Shown: positions 1-15,345, numbered from the stretch's first letter. The stretch: 64,000 bases of DNA from Squalus acanthias (GCA_030390025.1 CM059432.1:109308001-109372000), one strand, 5' to 3'. Numbers and translations: made by a program. The notes: generated from the letters alone by a model not told the origin.

Positions 1-3000
1 CGTTATACACCTCGCACATCATACACGTCACACGTTATAGACCTCGCACATCATACACATCACACGTTATAGACCTTGCACATCATACACGTTGCACGTT
101 ATAGACCTCGCACATCATACATGTCGAACGTTATACACCTCGCACATCATACATGTCGAACGTTATACACCTCGCACATCATACACGTCATACGTTATAG
201 ACCTCGCACATCATACACGTCGCATGTTATAGACCTCGCACATCATGCATGTCACACGTTATAGACCGCGCACATCATACTCATCACACGTTATAGTCCT
301 CGCACATCATACACATCACACGTTATAGACCTCGCACATCATACACGTCACATGTTATAGACCTCGCACATCATACACGTCACACGTTATAGACCTCGCA
401 CATCATACATGTCACACGTTATAGACCTCGCACATCATAAACGTTGCATGTTATAGACCACACATATCATACATGTCACACGTTATAGACCTCACACATC
501 ATACATGTCACACGTTATAGACCACGCACATCATACATGTCGAATGTTATAGACCGCGCACATCATACACATCGCACGTTATAGACCGCGCACATCATAC
601 ATGTCACACGTTATAGACCACGCACATCATACATGTCGAACATTATAGACCTCGCACATCATACATGTCACACGTTATAGACCACGCACATCATACACGT
701 CGCACGTTATAGACCTCGCACATCATACATGTCACACGTTATACACCTCGCACATCATACACGTCACACGTTATAGACCACGCACATCATACACGTCACA
801 CGTTATAGACCTTGCACATCATACACGTCACACGTTATAGACCTCGCACATCATACATGTCACATGTTATAGACCTCGCACATCATACATGTCACACGTT
901 ATAGACCTCGCACATCATACACGTCACACGTTATAGACCTTGCACATCATACACGTCACACGTTATAGACCTCGCACATCATACACGTCACACATTATAG
1001 ACCTCGCACATCATACATGTCACACGTTATTGACCGCGCACATCATACATGTCACACGTTACAGACCTCGCACATCATACACGTCGCACGTTATACACCT
1101 CGCACATCATACACGTCGCATGTTATAGACCACACACATCATACACGTCGCACGTTATACACCTCGCACATCATACATGTCACATGTTATGGACCGCGCA
1201 CGTTATACACCTCGCACATCATACACGTCACACGTTATAGACCGCGCACATCATACATGTCGCACGTTATAGACCTCGCACATCATACACGTCACACGTT
1301 ATAGACCTCGCACATCATACATGTCGCATGTTATAGACCTCGCACATCATACATGTCGCACGTTATAGACCACGCACATCATACATGTCGCACGTTATAG
1401 ACCTCGCACATCATACACGTTGCATGTTATAGACCACGCACATCATACATGTCACACGTTATAGACCACGCACATCATACATGTCATACGTTATAGACCA
1501 CACACATCATACATGTTGAACGTTACAGACCTCGCACATCATACATGTCACACGTTATAGACCACGCACATCATAAACGTCACACGTTATACACCTCGCA
1601 TATCATACATGCCACACGTTATAGACCTCGCACATCATACACGTCACACATTATAGACCTCGCACATCATACATGTCACACGTTATAGACATCGCACATC
1701 ATACATGTCGCACGTTATAAACCTCGCACATCATACATGTTGACGTTATAGACCACGCACATCATACACGTCACACGTTATAGATCTCGCACATCATACA
1801 CGTCACACGTTATAGATCTCGCACATCATACATGTCACACGTTATAGACCACGCACATCATACATGTTGAACGTTATAGACCATGCACATCATACACGTC
1901 ACACGTTATACACCTCGCATATCATACATGCCACACGTTATAGACCTCGCACATCATACACGTCACACATTATAGACCTCACACATCATACATGTCACAC
2001 ATTATAGACATCGCACATCATACACGTTGCACGTTATAGACCTCGCACATCATACATGTCACACGTTATACACCTCGCACATCATACATGTCACACGTTA
2101 TAGACCTCGCACATCATACACGTCACACGTTATAGACCTCGCACATCATACACGTCACACCTTATAGACCACGCACATCATACACGTCACACTTTATAGA
2201 CCTCACACATCATACACGTCACACGTTATAGACCTCGCACATCATACATGTCACACGTTATAGACCTCGCACATCATACACGTCACACGTTATAGACCTC
2301 GCACATCATACATGTCACACGTTTTCGACCGTGCACATCATACATGTCACACGTTATAGACCTCGCACATCATACATGTCACACGGTATAGACCTCGCAC
2401 ATCATACATGTCACACGTTATAGACCTCGCACATCATACACGTCACACGTTATAGACCTCGCACATCATACACGTCACACGTTATAGACCTCACACTTCA
2501 TACACGTCACACTTTATAGACCGCGCACATCATACATGTCACGCGTTATAGACCTCGCACATCATACACGTCGCACGTTATACACCTCGCACATCATACA
2601 CGTCGCATGTTATAGACCACGCACATCATACACGTCGCACGTTATACACCTTGCACATCATACATGTCACACGTTATAGACCAAGCACATCATACATGTC
2701 ACACGTTATATACCTCGCACATCATACATGCCACACGTTATAGACCACGCACATCATACATGTCACACGTTATAGACCAGGCACATCATGCATGTCACAC
2801 ATTATAGACCACACACATCATACATGTCACACATTATAGACCACGCACATCATACATGTCACACGTTATAGACCACGCACATCATACATGTCGCACATTA
2901 TAGACATCGCACATCATACACGTTGCATGTTATAGACCACGCACATCATACATGTCACACCTTATAGACCACGCACATCATACATGTCACACGTTATAGA

Positions 3001-6000
3001 CCACGCACATCATACATGTCGAACGTTATAGACCTTGCACATCATACATGTCACACGTTATAGACCACACACATCATGAACGTCACACGTTATACACCTC
3101 GCACATCATACATGCCACATGTTATAGACCACGCACATCATACATGTCACACGTTATAGACCTCGCACATCATACATGCCACACGTTATAGACCACGCAC
3201 AACATACATGTCACACGTTATAGACCACGCACATCATACATGTCACACGTTATAGACCACACACATCATAAACGTCACACGTTATACACCTCGCACATCA
3301 TACATGTCGCACGTTATAGACCTCGCACATCATACACGTCACACGTTATAGACCTCGCACATCATACACGTCACACGTTATAGACCTCGCACATCATACA
3401 TGTCTCACATTATACACCGCGCACATCATACACGTCACACGTTATAGACCTCGCACATCATACACGTCACACGTTATATACCTCACACATCATACACGTC
3501 ACACATTATACACCGCGCACATCATACATGTCACACGTTATAGACCTCGCACATCATACACGTCACACGTTATAGACCTCGCACATCATACACGTCACAC
3601 ATTATACACCGCGCACATCATACACATCACACGTTATGGACCTCGCACATCATACACGTCACACGTTATAGACCTCACAAATCATACACGTCACACATTA
3701 TACACCGCGCACATCATACTTGTCGCACTTTATAGACCTCGCACATCATACACGTCGCATGATATAGACCGTGCACATCATACATGTCACACGTTATAGA
3801 CCTCGCACATCATACATGTCACACGGTATAGACCTCGCACATCATACATGTCACACGTTATAGACCTCGCACATCATACACGTCACACGTTATAGACCTC
3901 GCACATCATACACGTCACACGTTATAGACCTCACACTTCATACACGTCACACTTTATAGACCGCGCACATCATACATGTCACGCGTTATAGACCTCGCAC
4001 ATCATACACGTCGCACGTTATACACCTCGCACATCATACACGTCGCATGTTATAGACCACGCACATCATACACGTCGCACGTTATACACCTTGCACATCA
4101 TACATGTCACACGTTATAGACCAAGCACATCATACATGTCACACGTTATATACCTCGCACATCATACATGCCACACGTTATAGACCACGCACATCATACA
4201 TGTCACACGTTATAGACCAGGCACATCATGCATGTCACACATTATAGACCACACACATCATACATGTCACACATTATAGACCACGCACATCATACATGTC
4301 ACACGTTATAGACCACGCACATCATACATGTCGCACATTATAGACATCGCACATCATACACGTTGCATGTTATAGACCACGCACATCATACATGTCACAC
4401 CTTATAGACCACGCACATCATACATGTCACACGTTATAGACCACGCACATCATACATGTCGAACGTTATAGACCTTGCACATCATACATGTCACACGTTA
4501 TAGACCACGCACATCATGAACGTCACACGTTATACACCTCGCACATCATACATGCCACATGTTATAGACCACGCACATCATACATGTCACACGTTATAGA
4601 CCTCGCACATCATACATGCCACACGTTATAGACCACGCACAACATACATGTCACACGTTATAGACCACGCACATCATACATGTCACACGTTATAGACCAC
4701 ACACATCATAAACGTCACACGTTATACACCTCGCACATCATACATGTCGCACGTTATAGACCTCGCACATCATACACGTCACACGTTATATACCTCGCAC
4801 ATCATACACGTCACACGTTATAGACCTCGCACATCATACATGTCTCACATTATACACCGCGCACATCATACACGTCACACGTTATAGACCTCGCACATCA
4901 TACACGTCACACGTTATATACCTCGCACATCATACACGTCACACATTATACACCGCGCACATCATACATGTCACACGTTATAGACCTCGCACATCATACA
5001 CGTCACACGTTATAGACCTCGCACATCATACACGTCACACATTATACACCGCGCACATCATACACATCACACGTTATGGACCTCGCACATCATACACGTC
5101 ACACGTTATAGACCTCACAAATCATACACGTCACACATTATACACCGCGCACATCATACTTGTCGCACTTTATAGACCTCGCACATCATACACGTCGCAT
5201 GATATAGACCTCGCACATCATACATGTCACACATTATAGACCTCGCACATCATACATGTCGCACGTTATAGACTGCGCACATCATACATGTCACATGTTA
5301 GAGACCTCGCACATCATACATGTCGCACGTTATAGACCTCGCACATCATACACGTCACACGATATAGACCTCGCACATCATACATGTCACACATTATACA
5401 CCTCGCACATCATACACGTCACACGTTATAGACCTCGCACATCATACATGTCACACGTTATAGACCTCGCACATCATACACGTCACACGTTATAGACCTC
5501 GCACATCATACACGTCACACGTTATAGACCTCGCACATCATACACGTCGCACGTTATACACCTCGCACATCATGCATGTCACACGTTGTAGACCGCGCAC
5601 ATCATACATGTCGCACGTTATAGACCTCGCACATCATACACGTCGCATGTTATAGACCACGCACACCATACATGTCACACGTTATAGACCACGCACATCA
5701 TACATGTCACACGTTATAGACCACACACATCATACATGTCGCACGTTATAGACCACGCACATCATACATGTCGCACGTTATAGACCGCGCACATCATACA
5801 TGTCGCACGTGATAGACCTCGCACATCATACACGTCGCATGTTATAGACCACGCACACCATACATGTCACACGTTATAGACCACGCACATCATACATGTC
5901 ACACGTTATAGACCACACACATCATACATGTCGCACGTTATAGACCACGCACATCATACATGTCGCACGTTATAGACCGCGCACATCATACATGTCGCAC

Positions 6001-6672
6001 GTGATAGACCTCGCACATCATACACATCACATGTTATAGACCACGCACATCATACATGTCACATGTTATAGACCTCGCACATCATACATGTCACACGTTA
6101 TAGACCACGCTCATCATACTTGTTGAACGTTATAGACCACGCACATCATACACGTCACATGTTATAGATCTCGCACATCATACACGTCACACGTTATAGA
6201 TCTCGCACATCATACATGTCACATGTTATAGACCACGCACATCATTCACGTCACACTTTATAGACCATGCACATCATACACGTCACACGTTATACACCTC
6301 GCTCATCATAAACGTCGCACGTTATAGATCTCGCACATCATACATGTCACACGTTATACACCTCGCACATCATAAACGTCGCACGTTATAGATCTCGCAC
6401 ATCATACATGTCACGCGTTATAGACCGCGCACATCATAAACGTCGCACGTTATAGACCACGCACATCATACACGTCACACGTTATAGACTGCGCACATCA
6501 TAAACATCGCACGTTATAGAGCACGCACATCATACACGTCGCACGTTATACATGCCACACGTTATAGACCTCGCACATCGTACACGTCGCATGTTATAGA
6601 CCACGCACATCATAAACGTCGCATGTTATAGACCACGCACATCATACATGTCGCACGTTATAGACCTCGCAC
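1..6672. repeat. Tandem minisatellite/satellite array, 32-bp unit (CGTTATAGACCTCGCACATCATACACGTCACA), ~208 copies, runs off the left edge
   Basis: Unit read directly from position 1; common variants CTC/CAC/CGC and ACGT/ATGT; His/Thr-rich ORFs are repeat translations. Confidence 0.98.
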
Positions 6673-7593
6673 CTATACAGCTCACCCATTATACACATCA
6701 GCCATCATACAGCTTGCCCGATTTTCCTTTCCATTTACTTTATCTGTATAATGGACGGCTGGTCTGATATTGTGTATTTTACATCATCGGCAATGCTACC
6801 CACACTGTGTTTTGAGGCATCAAAACAGGGCACTTCATGTCTTGTTTGTGATGTTCAGGTAGCTTCCCTCTTTCTTAACTGAGTTGTTTGATGGATTAAA
6901 CAAACTAGTAAAAGTAGTAACATTGTCTATTAATGTGAGGCTCACTAGGCTGCAGTGCAGAGCCAGTTTTAGTGCTTGTACAAAGAACTATGTAGTACTG
7001 AAGTCACCTTCGTGCATGAACAACAATGATAGCAAGTGCAAAATCCAGTCATCCCACAAATTGGCACTGATATCACCTTTTAAGAGGGAAATAGCCGAGA
7101 GTTCAGGCCTTCAGTAATCATCATTTGATGGACTGGCAGATTGCTGAACACTATAAGAGGGAGTCACAGGGCTGATCCCAGGCCATTCCATTCAAAAATA
7201 ATGTAACAATTTGGTTGCGCTGTTCTGCTGGGAAATGCTACAGTTTGAAGATCACAGTTGAGCACATTGAATGAGAATTATTCAAATAAATTCATCGATT
7301 TACGCAATACTGTGACTGAACAAGCGTTCTCCACTTCCATGCACCTTCTCATCATCCAGAAAACAGGCGAATGAGCAGCTGAAGGGAATTCAGATTCTGG
7401 AGCTGGAAGTTATATCTTGGAAAGTCTGCAAAATGTGTGTAAGATTAGAATGGATAACCAACTTCACACATCTGGGATGTTTTAGAATCAAGCTAACACG
7501 CATGAGATATTTTGCAGCTTACCTACCCTGTCCATTTAAGCTAAAAAGCAAGTCTGTAAAGAAAAAGACATGGTTCAAATTTAGACTCCTAAC

Positions 7594-8252
7594 GGGGATG
7601 ATTTTAACCCTGCCCGCCCAGTGTAAACCGGGCAGGCAGGCAGATAAAATTGCTCATGGGACTCAGCTGCCGATGACCCGTTCTCTTCCCGCAGGCTACG
7701 ATTTTAACCTGCTCTTCTGAGCAGGCAAGAAGGACATCATTGTGGCCCTGACTGCTATTTTAATCCTGGGCCTGAGCGGAGAAGCAGTTGTGGCTTTCCC
7801 ACAGGTTAACTTAGGGGGAAGAGCAGACGGGGCCAGAAGAGGCCCAAAGAGGTAAGTGATGTTTTACTATTTTTTACTTTCCTTGTGGGGCCAGGAGGAG
7901 CAGGAGTGCTTTTCCGGGCCCCACAGGAAAGTTTAGGCCTCCCCTGCTCCAAGCTCCTTCCGCCCTCCCCCCCTACCCCGCCCCCCCATCACCACTGATC
8001 GCGAGGCCCTCCTGAAACCCCCTCCCTGTGACTTACCTCAGTACCGGGGAGTGTTCCTTTGGTCCCGGTGACGGCCTCCTGCCACCCAACGGTGCTCCCA
8101 CCTGCCAGCCAGCTGCCGCTTCCCGCCGATTTCAGATGAGAGCGTGCAAATTAGGCCCAAGTGTTAAAATTGCCTGGGCCTTGTACTGGCGATGTCAGGG
8201 GCTGGGGGTACCATTATCATGGCTCCTACCCGGCCTGCATTAAAATTAGAGC
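7594..8252. mobile_element. Degenerate non-autonomous DNA transposon (Harbinger-like MITE)
   Basis: GC-rich island with weak inverted ends (GGGATGATTTTAACC / TTAAAATTAGAGC), similar in style to other Harbinger ends here. Confidence 0.4.
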
Positions 8253-9790
8253 TATAGAAATTACAGTACCCAAGGAGGCTCGGCCCATCGACAACTCTTC
8301 AACTGGAACTGTCTACACTAATCCCAGTAGCCTGCTCTTTCTCTGTATCCTTATATATTCTTCCTTTTCAAATACTTATCCAATTCCTTTTTAAATGTTG
8401 CTACAGTATCTGTCTCAATCATGGAATCATAGAATCTTACAGCATAGAAGGAGGCCACTCGGCCCATCATGCCTGTGCCGGCTTTTTGGAAGAGATATCC
8501 AATTAGTCCCACTCCCCCACTCTTTCCCCATAGTCCTGCATGTTTTTCCTTTTCAAGTATATATCCAATTCCCTTTTGAAGCGTCATTTGTGGTTAAGCA
8601 TTCTATGTTCCTATAACTCTCTGAGTGAAAAAATGTCTGCATTTCCGCCTTCGTTCTTCCAGTGATAATGCTCAGTCTCTGCTTCTTTTCACTTTGTAAA
8701 ACATAAGGTAAAGTCGCTGTTGTGTGCTGAGACTGTACACACTCACGTCACTAATGTCAGAGTTACAGAATTATACACATTGAAAATGGTCCATCCATCT
8801 CATTCATTGAGATCAATAAGCCTCAACTATTACAGCACAGAAGGAGGTCATTCAGCCCATTGCACCTGTGCCCACTCTTGCCAGAGCAATCTAAAACCAA
8901 TCCCACTGCCCTGCTCTCTCTCCGTAGCCCTGTATCATCTGCTGCTTCAAATATTTATCCACTTTTCCCTTAAAAGTTGCAACAGTTTCTGTCTCAACCA
9001 TTCCCTGTGGCAGCTCTCTTAACCTTATTAATTTCTCTTAACCTCTCTCCTCACTCTTAGTGACAATTTTAAATTGATGACCCCTTTTCTCTGACTCCCC
9101 AACCAGAGGAAACAGTCATTCCCTATTCACTCCATCAAAACCCTTCATAATTTTAGAAACCTTTATAAAATCTTCAGTTAGCCTTCTTTGCTCCAGTGGA
9201 AATAGTCCCAGTATCACAAGTCTCTCCTCATAACTAGAGTTTCCCATCCCTGACATCATCCTGGTGAATCGACACTTTCTCTAGCTTTAACATCCTTTCT
9301 AGAATGGGGTGCCCAAAATTTCACGCAATTCTCTAACTGTGGTCGAACCAATGTTTGGTACAAATTCACCATTACCTCTTTACTCTTGTACTGTATGGGG
9401 TAGAAATTGGTCTCAGGCGGTGGTGCAAAACGGATGGTATTGGATCGGCCGCCCGTTATACACAGCGCCTGATATTCAGTCCCACGATCCGATACTGCCC
9501 ATTTTGCGCCACTGCCCGAGATGAATTTCTAGGCCTACATCTCTATTTATAAAACCCAAAATGCTAACTGCAGTTCTATTAGAAACAAAATAAGGTTTTC
9601 TGCTATAAAATTGCTTAATAAGTATTAAAATTACATGAAAAATCAGACAGTTGTGAATCAAAAATTCCTCTTCATCCTTCTTATTATAATCTTCATTTAT
9701 GTCCCTTGTTATGGATTTACCAATGAGCGGAAGCAATCTTTCACTTTTACTCTCTCAAAACCTTTCATAATTTTGAAAGCCTCGATTGGA
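8253..9790 (-). mobile_element. Cluster of decayed CR1 LINE 3' fragments
   Basis: Reverse complement matches the CR1 3'UTR and RT C-terminus of the + strand copies (e.g. ATFKKELDKYL, ILGFINR). Confidence 0.75.
9397..9535. mobile_element. 139-bp MITE, Harbinger-type
   Basis: Inverted ends GGGGTAGAAATTGGTCTC / GAGATGAATTTCTAGGCC; flanks TAT and TAC; interrupts a CR1 fragment. Confidence 0.65.
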
Positions 9791-10159
9791 CCCCTCCGCT
9801 TAACCTCTTCCATAGCATGCAAAATTTCACAGCCCTGTGGATGTGCGACCGGATGGGACTTACACCCACCACTGATCCTGCCCCAGCTCCCGAGCCTATC
9901 AGGAACTCTCAGGTGGAATTCCCGGGGTAGCCCGGGAAGTTCCCCATCTATGCGTCAGTAATATAACGGGGCCAGCCGATGGAGTGCCCACCCACTCCAG
10001 AGTGCAATTGACATGGACAGAAACCCAGCAGATCCGAGTTCTGCCCCAAATTACACCCCTTCTTCACCCCCACCTCTCCACCTCGCTGGAATTAATGTGC
10101 ATTGTACTCCTCCAATTTCTGGGCTCATTTGTGTAGAGTTCATTCAGTTTCAAGTTTAC

Positions 10160-10630
10160 AGAAACAACAATTTGCATTTATATAGCACCTTTAATGTAGT
10201 AAAATGCCTCAAGGCGCTTCACAGGAGCGTAATCAGACAAAAATTGACACCAAGCCAAAGAATGAGACATTAGGACAGGTGACCAAACATCTGGTCAAAG
10301 TGGTAAGTATTAAGCAGCATCTTAAAGGAGGGGAGAGAGGTGAAGAGGGTTGGTGAGGTAATTCCAGTGCTTAGGGCCTAGACAGCTGAAGGCACAGCTG
10401 CCAACAATGGTACAAAGGAAGTGGGGGATGCGCAAGAGACCGGAGTTGGAGGATGCAGAGTTCTCGGAGGGCTGGAGGAGGTTACAGAGATGGGGAGGGA
10501 CATAGAAGGATGAGAATTTTAAAATCAAGGCATTGGTGGACCGGGAGACAATGTAGGTCAGCGAGCACAGTTGGGGTGGTGGGTAAACGGGACTTGTTGC
10601 AAATTATCATACGGGCAGCAGAGTTTAGAT
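10160..10630 (-). mobile_element. L2-like LINE 3' fragment
   Basis: Minus-strand GSCAFSCLGPKHWN resembles the L2 ORF2 C-terminus; 3' tail GCTATATAAATGCAA shared with the Deu-SINEs. Confidence 0.65.
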
Positions 10631-10717
10631 TAAATTTTACAGAGGGAACCAATCACTATGCTCTGTCTAGCATAACCTTGGTATCTCAGCCCTATTACAG
10701 ATCCCAAACTGCATAAT

Positions 10718-11130
10718 TTAGAAACTTGTCTTGTATTCCCTTGAGTATAGAAGATTAAGGGATGATCTATTTGAGGTGTTTAAGATGATTAAAGGATATG
10801 ATATAGTAGATAGAGAGAAATTATTTCCTCTGGTGAGGGAGTCCAGAACAAGGGGGAATAACCTTAAAATTAGAGCTAGGCTATTCAGGGCTGATGTCAG
10901 GAAGCACTTCTTCACACAAAAAGTAATGGAAATCTGGAACCCTCTCCCTCAAAAAGCTGTGAGGCTGGGTTAATTGAAAATTTCAAAACTGAGATTGATA
11001 GATTTTGGTTAGACAAGTGTATTAAGGGATATGGAACCAACGTGGGTGAAGGAGTTAAGATACAGATCAGCTGTGATCTAATTGAATGGCGGAGCAGATT
11101 CGAGGGGATGAATGGCCTACTCATGTTACT
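10718..11130 (+). mobile_element. CR1 LINE 3' end fragment
   Basis: YSLEYRRLRDDLFEVFKMIKG...RTRGNNLK...FFTQKVMEIWN followed by CR1 3'UTR. Confidence 0.9.
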
Positions 11131-11131
11131 A

Positions 11132-13590
11132 TTTTTTTTCATTCATGGGATGTGGGCGTCGCTGGCAAGGCCAGCATATATTGCCCATCTCTAATTGCCT
11201 TTGAGAAGGTGGTGGTGAGCTGCCTTCGTGAACTGCTGCAGTCTGTGTGGTGAAGGTATTGCAATAGTGCTGTTAGGAAGGGAGTTCCAGGATTTTGACC
11301 CAGCGACGATGAAGGAACGGCGATATATTTCCAAGTCAGGATAGTGTGTGACTTGGAGGGGAACTTGGAGGTGGTGGTGTTCCCATGCGCCTGCTGCCCT
11401 TGTCATTCTAGGTGGAAGAGGTCGTGGCTTTGCAGGGTGCTGCCGAAGAAGTCTTGGCGCGTTGCTGCACTGCATCTTGTAGATGGTACACACTGCAGCC
11501 ACGGTATTCCGGTGGTGGAGGGAGTGAATGTTTAAGGTGGTGGATGGGGTACCAATCAAGCGGGCTTCTTTGTCCTGGATGCTGTAGAGCTTCTTCAGTG
11601 CTGTTGGAGCTGCACTCATCCAGGCAAGTGGATAGTATTCCATCACACTCCTGACTTGTGCCTTGTAGATGGTGGAAAAGCTTTGGGGAGCCAGGAGGTG
11701 AGTCACTTGCAACAGAATATCCAGCCTCTGACCTGCTCTTGTAGCCACAGTATTTATGTGGCTGGTCCAGTTAAGTTTTTGGTCAGTGGTGACTCCCAGA
11801 ATGTTGATGGTGGAGGATTCGGCGATGGTAATGCCATTGAATGTCAAGGGGCAGTGGTTAGAATCTCTCTTGTTGGAGGTGGTCATTACCTGCCACTTGT
11901 GTGGCGTGAATGTCACTTGCCACTTACCAGCCCAAGCCTGAATGTCGTCAAGGTCTTGCTGCATGCAGGCACGGCCTGCTTCATTATCTGAGGAGTCGCG
12001 AATGGAACTGAACACTGTGCAATCATCAGCAAACATCCCCACTTCTGAACTTATGATGGAGGGAAGGTCATTGATGAAGCAGTTGAAGGTGGTTGGTCCT
12101 AGGACACTGCCCTGAGGAACTCCTGCAGCAATGTCCTGGGGCTGAGATGATTGGCTTCCAACAACCACAACCATCTTCCTTTGTGCTAGGTATGACTCCA
12201 GCCAGTGGAGAGTTTTCCCCCTGATTCCCATTGACTTCAGTTTTACTAGGGCTCCTTGGTACCTCACTCGGTCAAATGCTGCCTTGATGTCAAGGGCAGT
12301 CACTCTCACCTCACCTCTGGAATTCACCTCTTTTGTCCATGTTTAGACCAAGGCTGTAATGAGGTCTGGAGCTGAGTGGTCTTGGCAGAACCCAAACTGA
12401 GCATTGGTGAGCAGATTATTGGTGCAGAAGTGCCGCTTCATAGCACTGTCGATGACACCTTCCATCACTTTGCTGATGATTAAGAGTAGACTGATGGGGC
12501 GGTAATTGGCCGGGTTGGATTTGTCCTGCTTTTTGTGGGCAGGACATACCTGGGCAATTTTCCACATTTTGAGTAGATGCCAGTGTTGTAGCTGTACTGG
12601 AACAGCTTGGCTAGAGGCGCGGCTAGTTCTGGAGCACAAGTCTTCAGCACGACAGCCGGAATGTTGTCGGGGTCCAAAGCCTTTGCTGTATCCAGTGCAG
12701 TCAACCGTTTCTTGATATCACGTGGAGTGAATCAAATTGGCTGAAGATTAACTTCTGTGATGGTGGGGACCTCGGGAGGAGGCTGAGATGGATCATCCAC
12801 TTGGCACTTCTGGCTGAACCTGGTTGTGAACACTTCAACCTTGTCTTTTGCTTTCACATGCTGGGCTCTGCCCTCGTTGAAGATGGGGATGTTTGTGGAG
12901 CCTCCTCCTGCCATTAGTTGTTTAATTGTCCACCACCATTCACAACTGGATGTGGCAGGACTGCAGAGCTTTGATCTGATCCGTTGGTTGTGGGATCGCT
13001 TAGCTCTGTCTATAGCATGCTGTTTCTGCTGTTTAGCATGCATGTAGTCCTGTGTTGTAGCTTCACCAGGTTGGCACCTCATGGTGCTGCTCCTGGCATG
13101 CTCTTCTGCACTCCTTATTGAACCAGGGTTGGTCCCCTGGCTTGATGGTAATTGTAGGATAAAGGATATGCTGGGCCATGTGGTTACAGATTGTGGTGGT
13201 AGACAATTCTGTTGCTGCTGATGGCCCACTGCTCCTCATGGCCGCCCAGTTTTGGGCTGTTAGATCTGTTTTGAATCTATCCCATTTAGCACTGTGGATG
13301 TCCCACACAACACGATGAAGGGTGTCCTCAGTGTGAAGATGGGACTTCATCTCCACAAGGACTGTGCGGTGGTCTCTGGCATGGACAGATGGATCTGCGA
13401 CAGGTAGATTGGTGAGGACGAGGTCAAGTAGATTTTTCCCTCGTGCTGGTTCTCTCACCACCTGCTGCAGGCCCAGTCTGGCAGCTATGTCCTTCAGGAC
13501 TCGGCCAGCTCGGTCAGTAGTGGTGCCACCGAGCCACTCTTGGTGATGGACATTGATGTCCCCTACCCAGAGTGAGTTCTGTGCACTGTT
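11132..13590 (-). mobile_element. 5'-truncated, frameshifted CR1-Zenon-like LINE (APE end + RT)
   Basis: ORFs 11191-13461 contain [51 protein letters not shown]; clade label from motif memory. Confidence 0.88.
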
Positions 13591-14072
13591 TGTATGGTTT
13601 TAATGGCAGCCTGTTGAATGGAGAAGATAGAACATACCAATTTTGCTTTGTGTACATTTCTTGTCCCAGATCCCTAGAGATTTCTAAAATAAGTCCACTG
13701 ATTTTCCAAAACGAACAACTAAATCCTAGAACAAGAGATTAAAGCAAGAATGGTACAAAAGGCACCTGATAGAAATTGTTTTCTTTAATATTCTGACTGA
13801 AATTTATAGAACTGAATTTGATCCACATTTTGATGTTAGAAGGCTGGGATTCTGGTATCAGAAAAGCATTTTATATAAAGTCAAGAGTTAAAATGAAAAG
13901 TTCCTCATCCCACAGGGTTGTCTTCTTTTAAGATGCACAGGACCAAATTCTGTACAGCAGGGTCAATTTTGTCAGGTGGGGCTGCTGGTTTGGTGCCTCA
14001 TTAGACAGAAGCTCTGGTCGCTGAATAAGCCCTATTGCGTTATAGGCCCATCTCTGACCTAAGCACCATTAT

Positions 14073-14373
14073 TATGCTCCAGAGACTTGAGCACTTAATC
14101 TAGGCTGACACGTCAGTGCAGTACTGAGGGAGTGCTACACTGTCTGAGGTGCCATCTTTCAGATAAGATGTGAAAGCCCAGTCAGGTGGCTGTTAAAGAT
14201 CCCAGGGTACTATTTGAAGAAGAGCAGGGGGGTTCTCCCGGTCTCCTGGCCAATATTTATCCCTCAACCAACACCTAAAACAGATTATTTAGTCATTTAT
14301 CTCATTGCTGTTTGTGGGACCTTGCTGTGCACAAATTGGCTGTCCTGTTTCCCACATTACAACAGTGACTACA
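14073..14373 (+). mobile_element. Deu-domain SINE (SacSINE1-like), 5' part; continues at 24249-24340
   Basis: ATTGCTGTTTGTGGGACCTTGCTGTGCACAAATTGGCT...ACAACAGTGACTACA, interrupted exactly before CTTCAAAA. Confidence 0.8.
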
Positions 14374-14621
14374 GGCTGAATTTTGCCGGCGCTCAGAGGA
14401 CGGGTTCAGAGGCGGGTCAGCGGTCAAAATAGCAAAGATTGACAGTGGGTAGGGAACTCGCTGTCAACCCGCCTCCACGCGAGTCTCCCAGTTATCGGGT
14501 CTGTCGGCGCTGAACAGACCCGACACCAAGCGGCGGGGGAGGCAATTCACATCATTAAATGGGTTGTTAACATCCAATTAACTGTTATTTTAAGCCTACA
14601 TTTCCAATTTTACGTGCTCCC

Positions 14622-15345
14622 TGTTAGATTCGAATTTGGAGAAACCTCAGACAGAGACGGAATTGAGGACAAGTTCAGAATTTATTAAAACAAACAAAAG
14701 ACTTGTGCACAAGGGAGAGCCACTCAGCTTCCTCAGGCTAGGGGTGCACTCTCTAAGGGACAAGTAACGGTTCATTCAAGTTATACACTTCTATAAGCAC
14801 CGCCCACTTACTACAGAATGGAGGCGTACACGTACAAACAGCGTCACTACAGTTACTCTTTATTGGTTATATGGTTAGTCACTCAACTGTCGGGCCCTTC
14901 CCTTGAACTCGGATACCTCCTGACCATACCAGTCACAGATGTTGGTTGTCTCATCCTACTCCCCAAATTCTTGCTGTTATCTCTTCCCCTTTGTAGGCAT
15001 AGTTTATAGTTTGAGAAAACATATTTTATCCCTAACTGTCGAACAAGCGGGATGGCTCAAGGCCATAATGGCTTTTGCGCTCAGTGACTGGAACAGTGTT
15101 GGTTGTTGATTGCACCCTTATCTCTTGGGAGGCCAGGCTGTGTTTCGACAATGGCTCTGCTGAGGCTGTGAATACACATATTCCGAAGTTTGATAAGGAA
15201 AGAGGCCCCTTGCTGTCTGCAAATGTGTTTCAGTCAGCTAAACCTGCATAGTCAAGTATCCCAGAATTCATTGGAACAAGCTGAACCTTTTCAGTTAAAA
15301 TAGTCAAGTATCCCAGAATTCTTTGGGAACAAGCTGGATCCTTCA
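14622..15345 (-). repeat. 3' LTR of provirus (724 bp)
   Basis: Direct repeat of 22046-22738; minus-strand AATAAA; adjoined by the PPT. Confidence 0.95.

Noticed and set aside
76..5495. His/Thr/Arg-rich ORFs; CRISPR-like appearance
   Set aside because: Translations of a head-to-tail 32-bp repeat with no unique spacers and no cas genes; eukaryotic context.
14818..15009. Duplicated 63-aa ORF (also 22242-22433)
   Set aside because: Antisense ORF within the two LTRs; duplication is explained by the LTR repeat.
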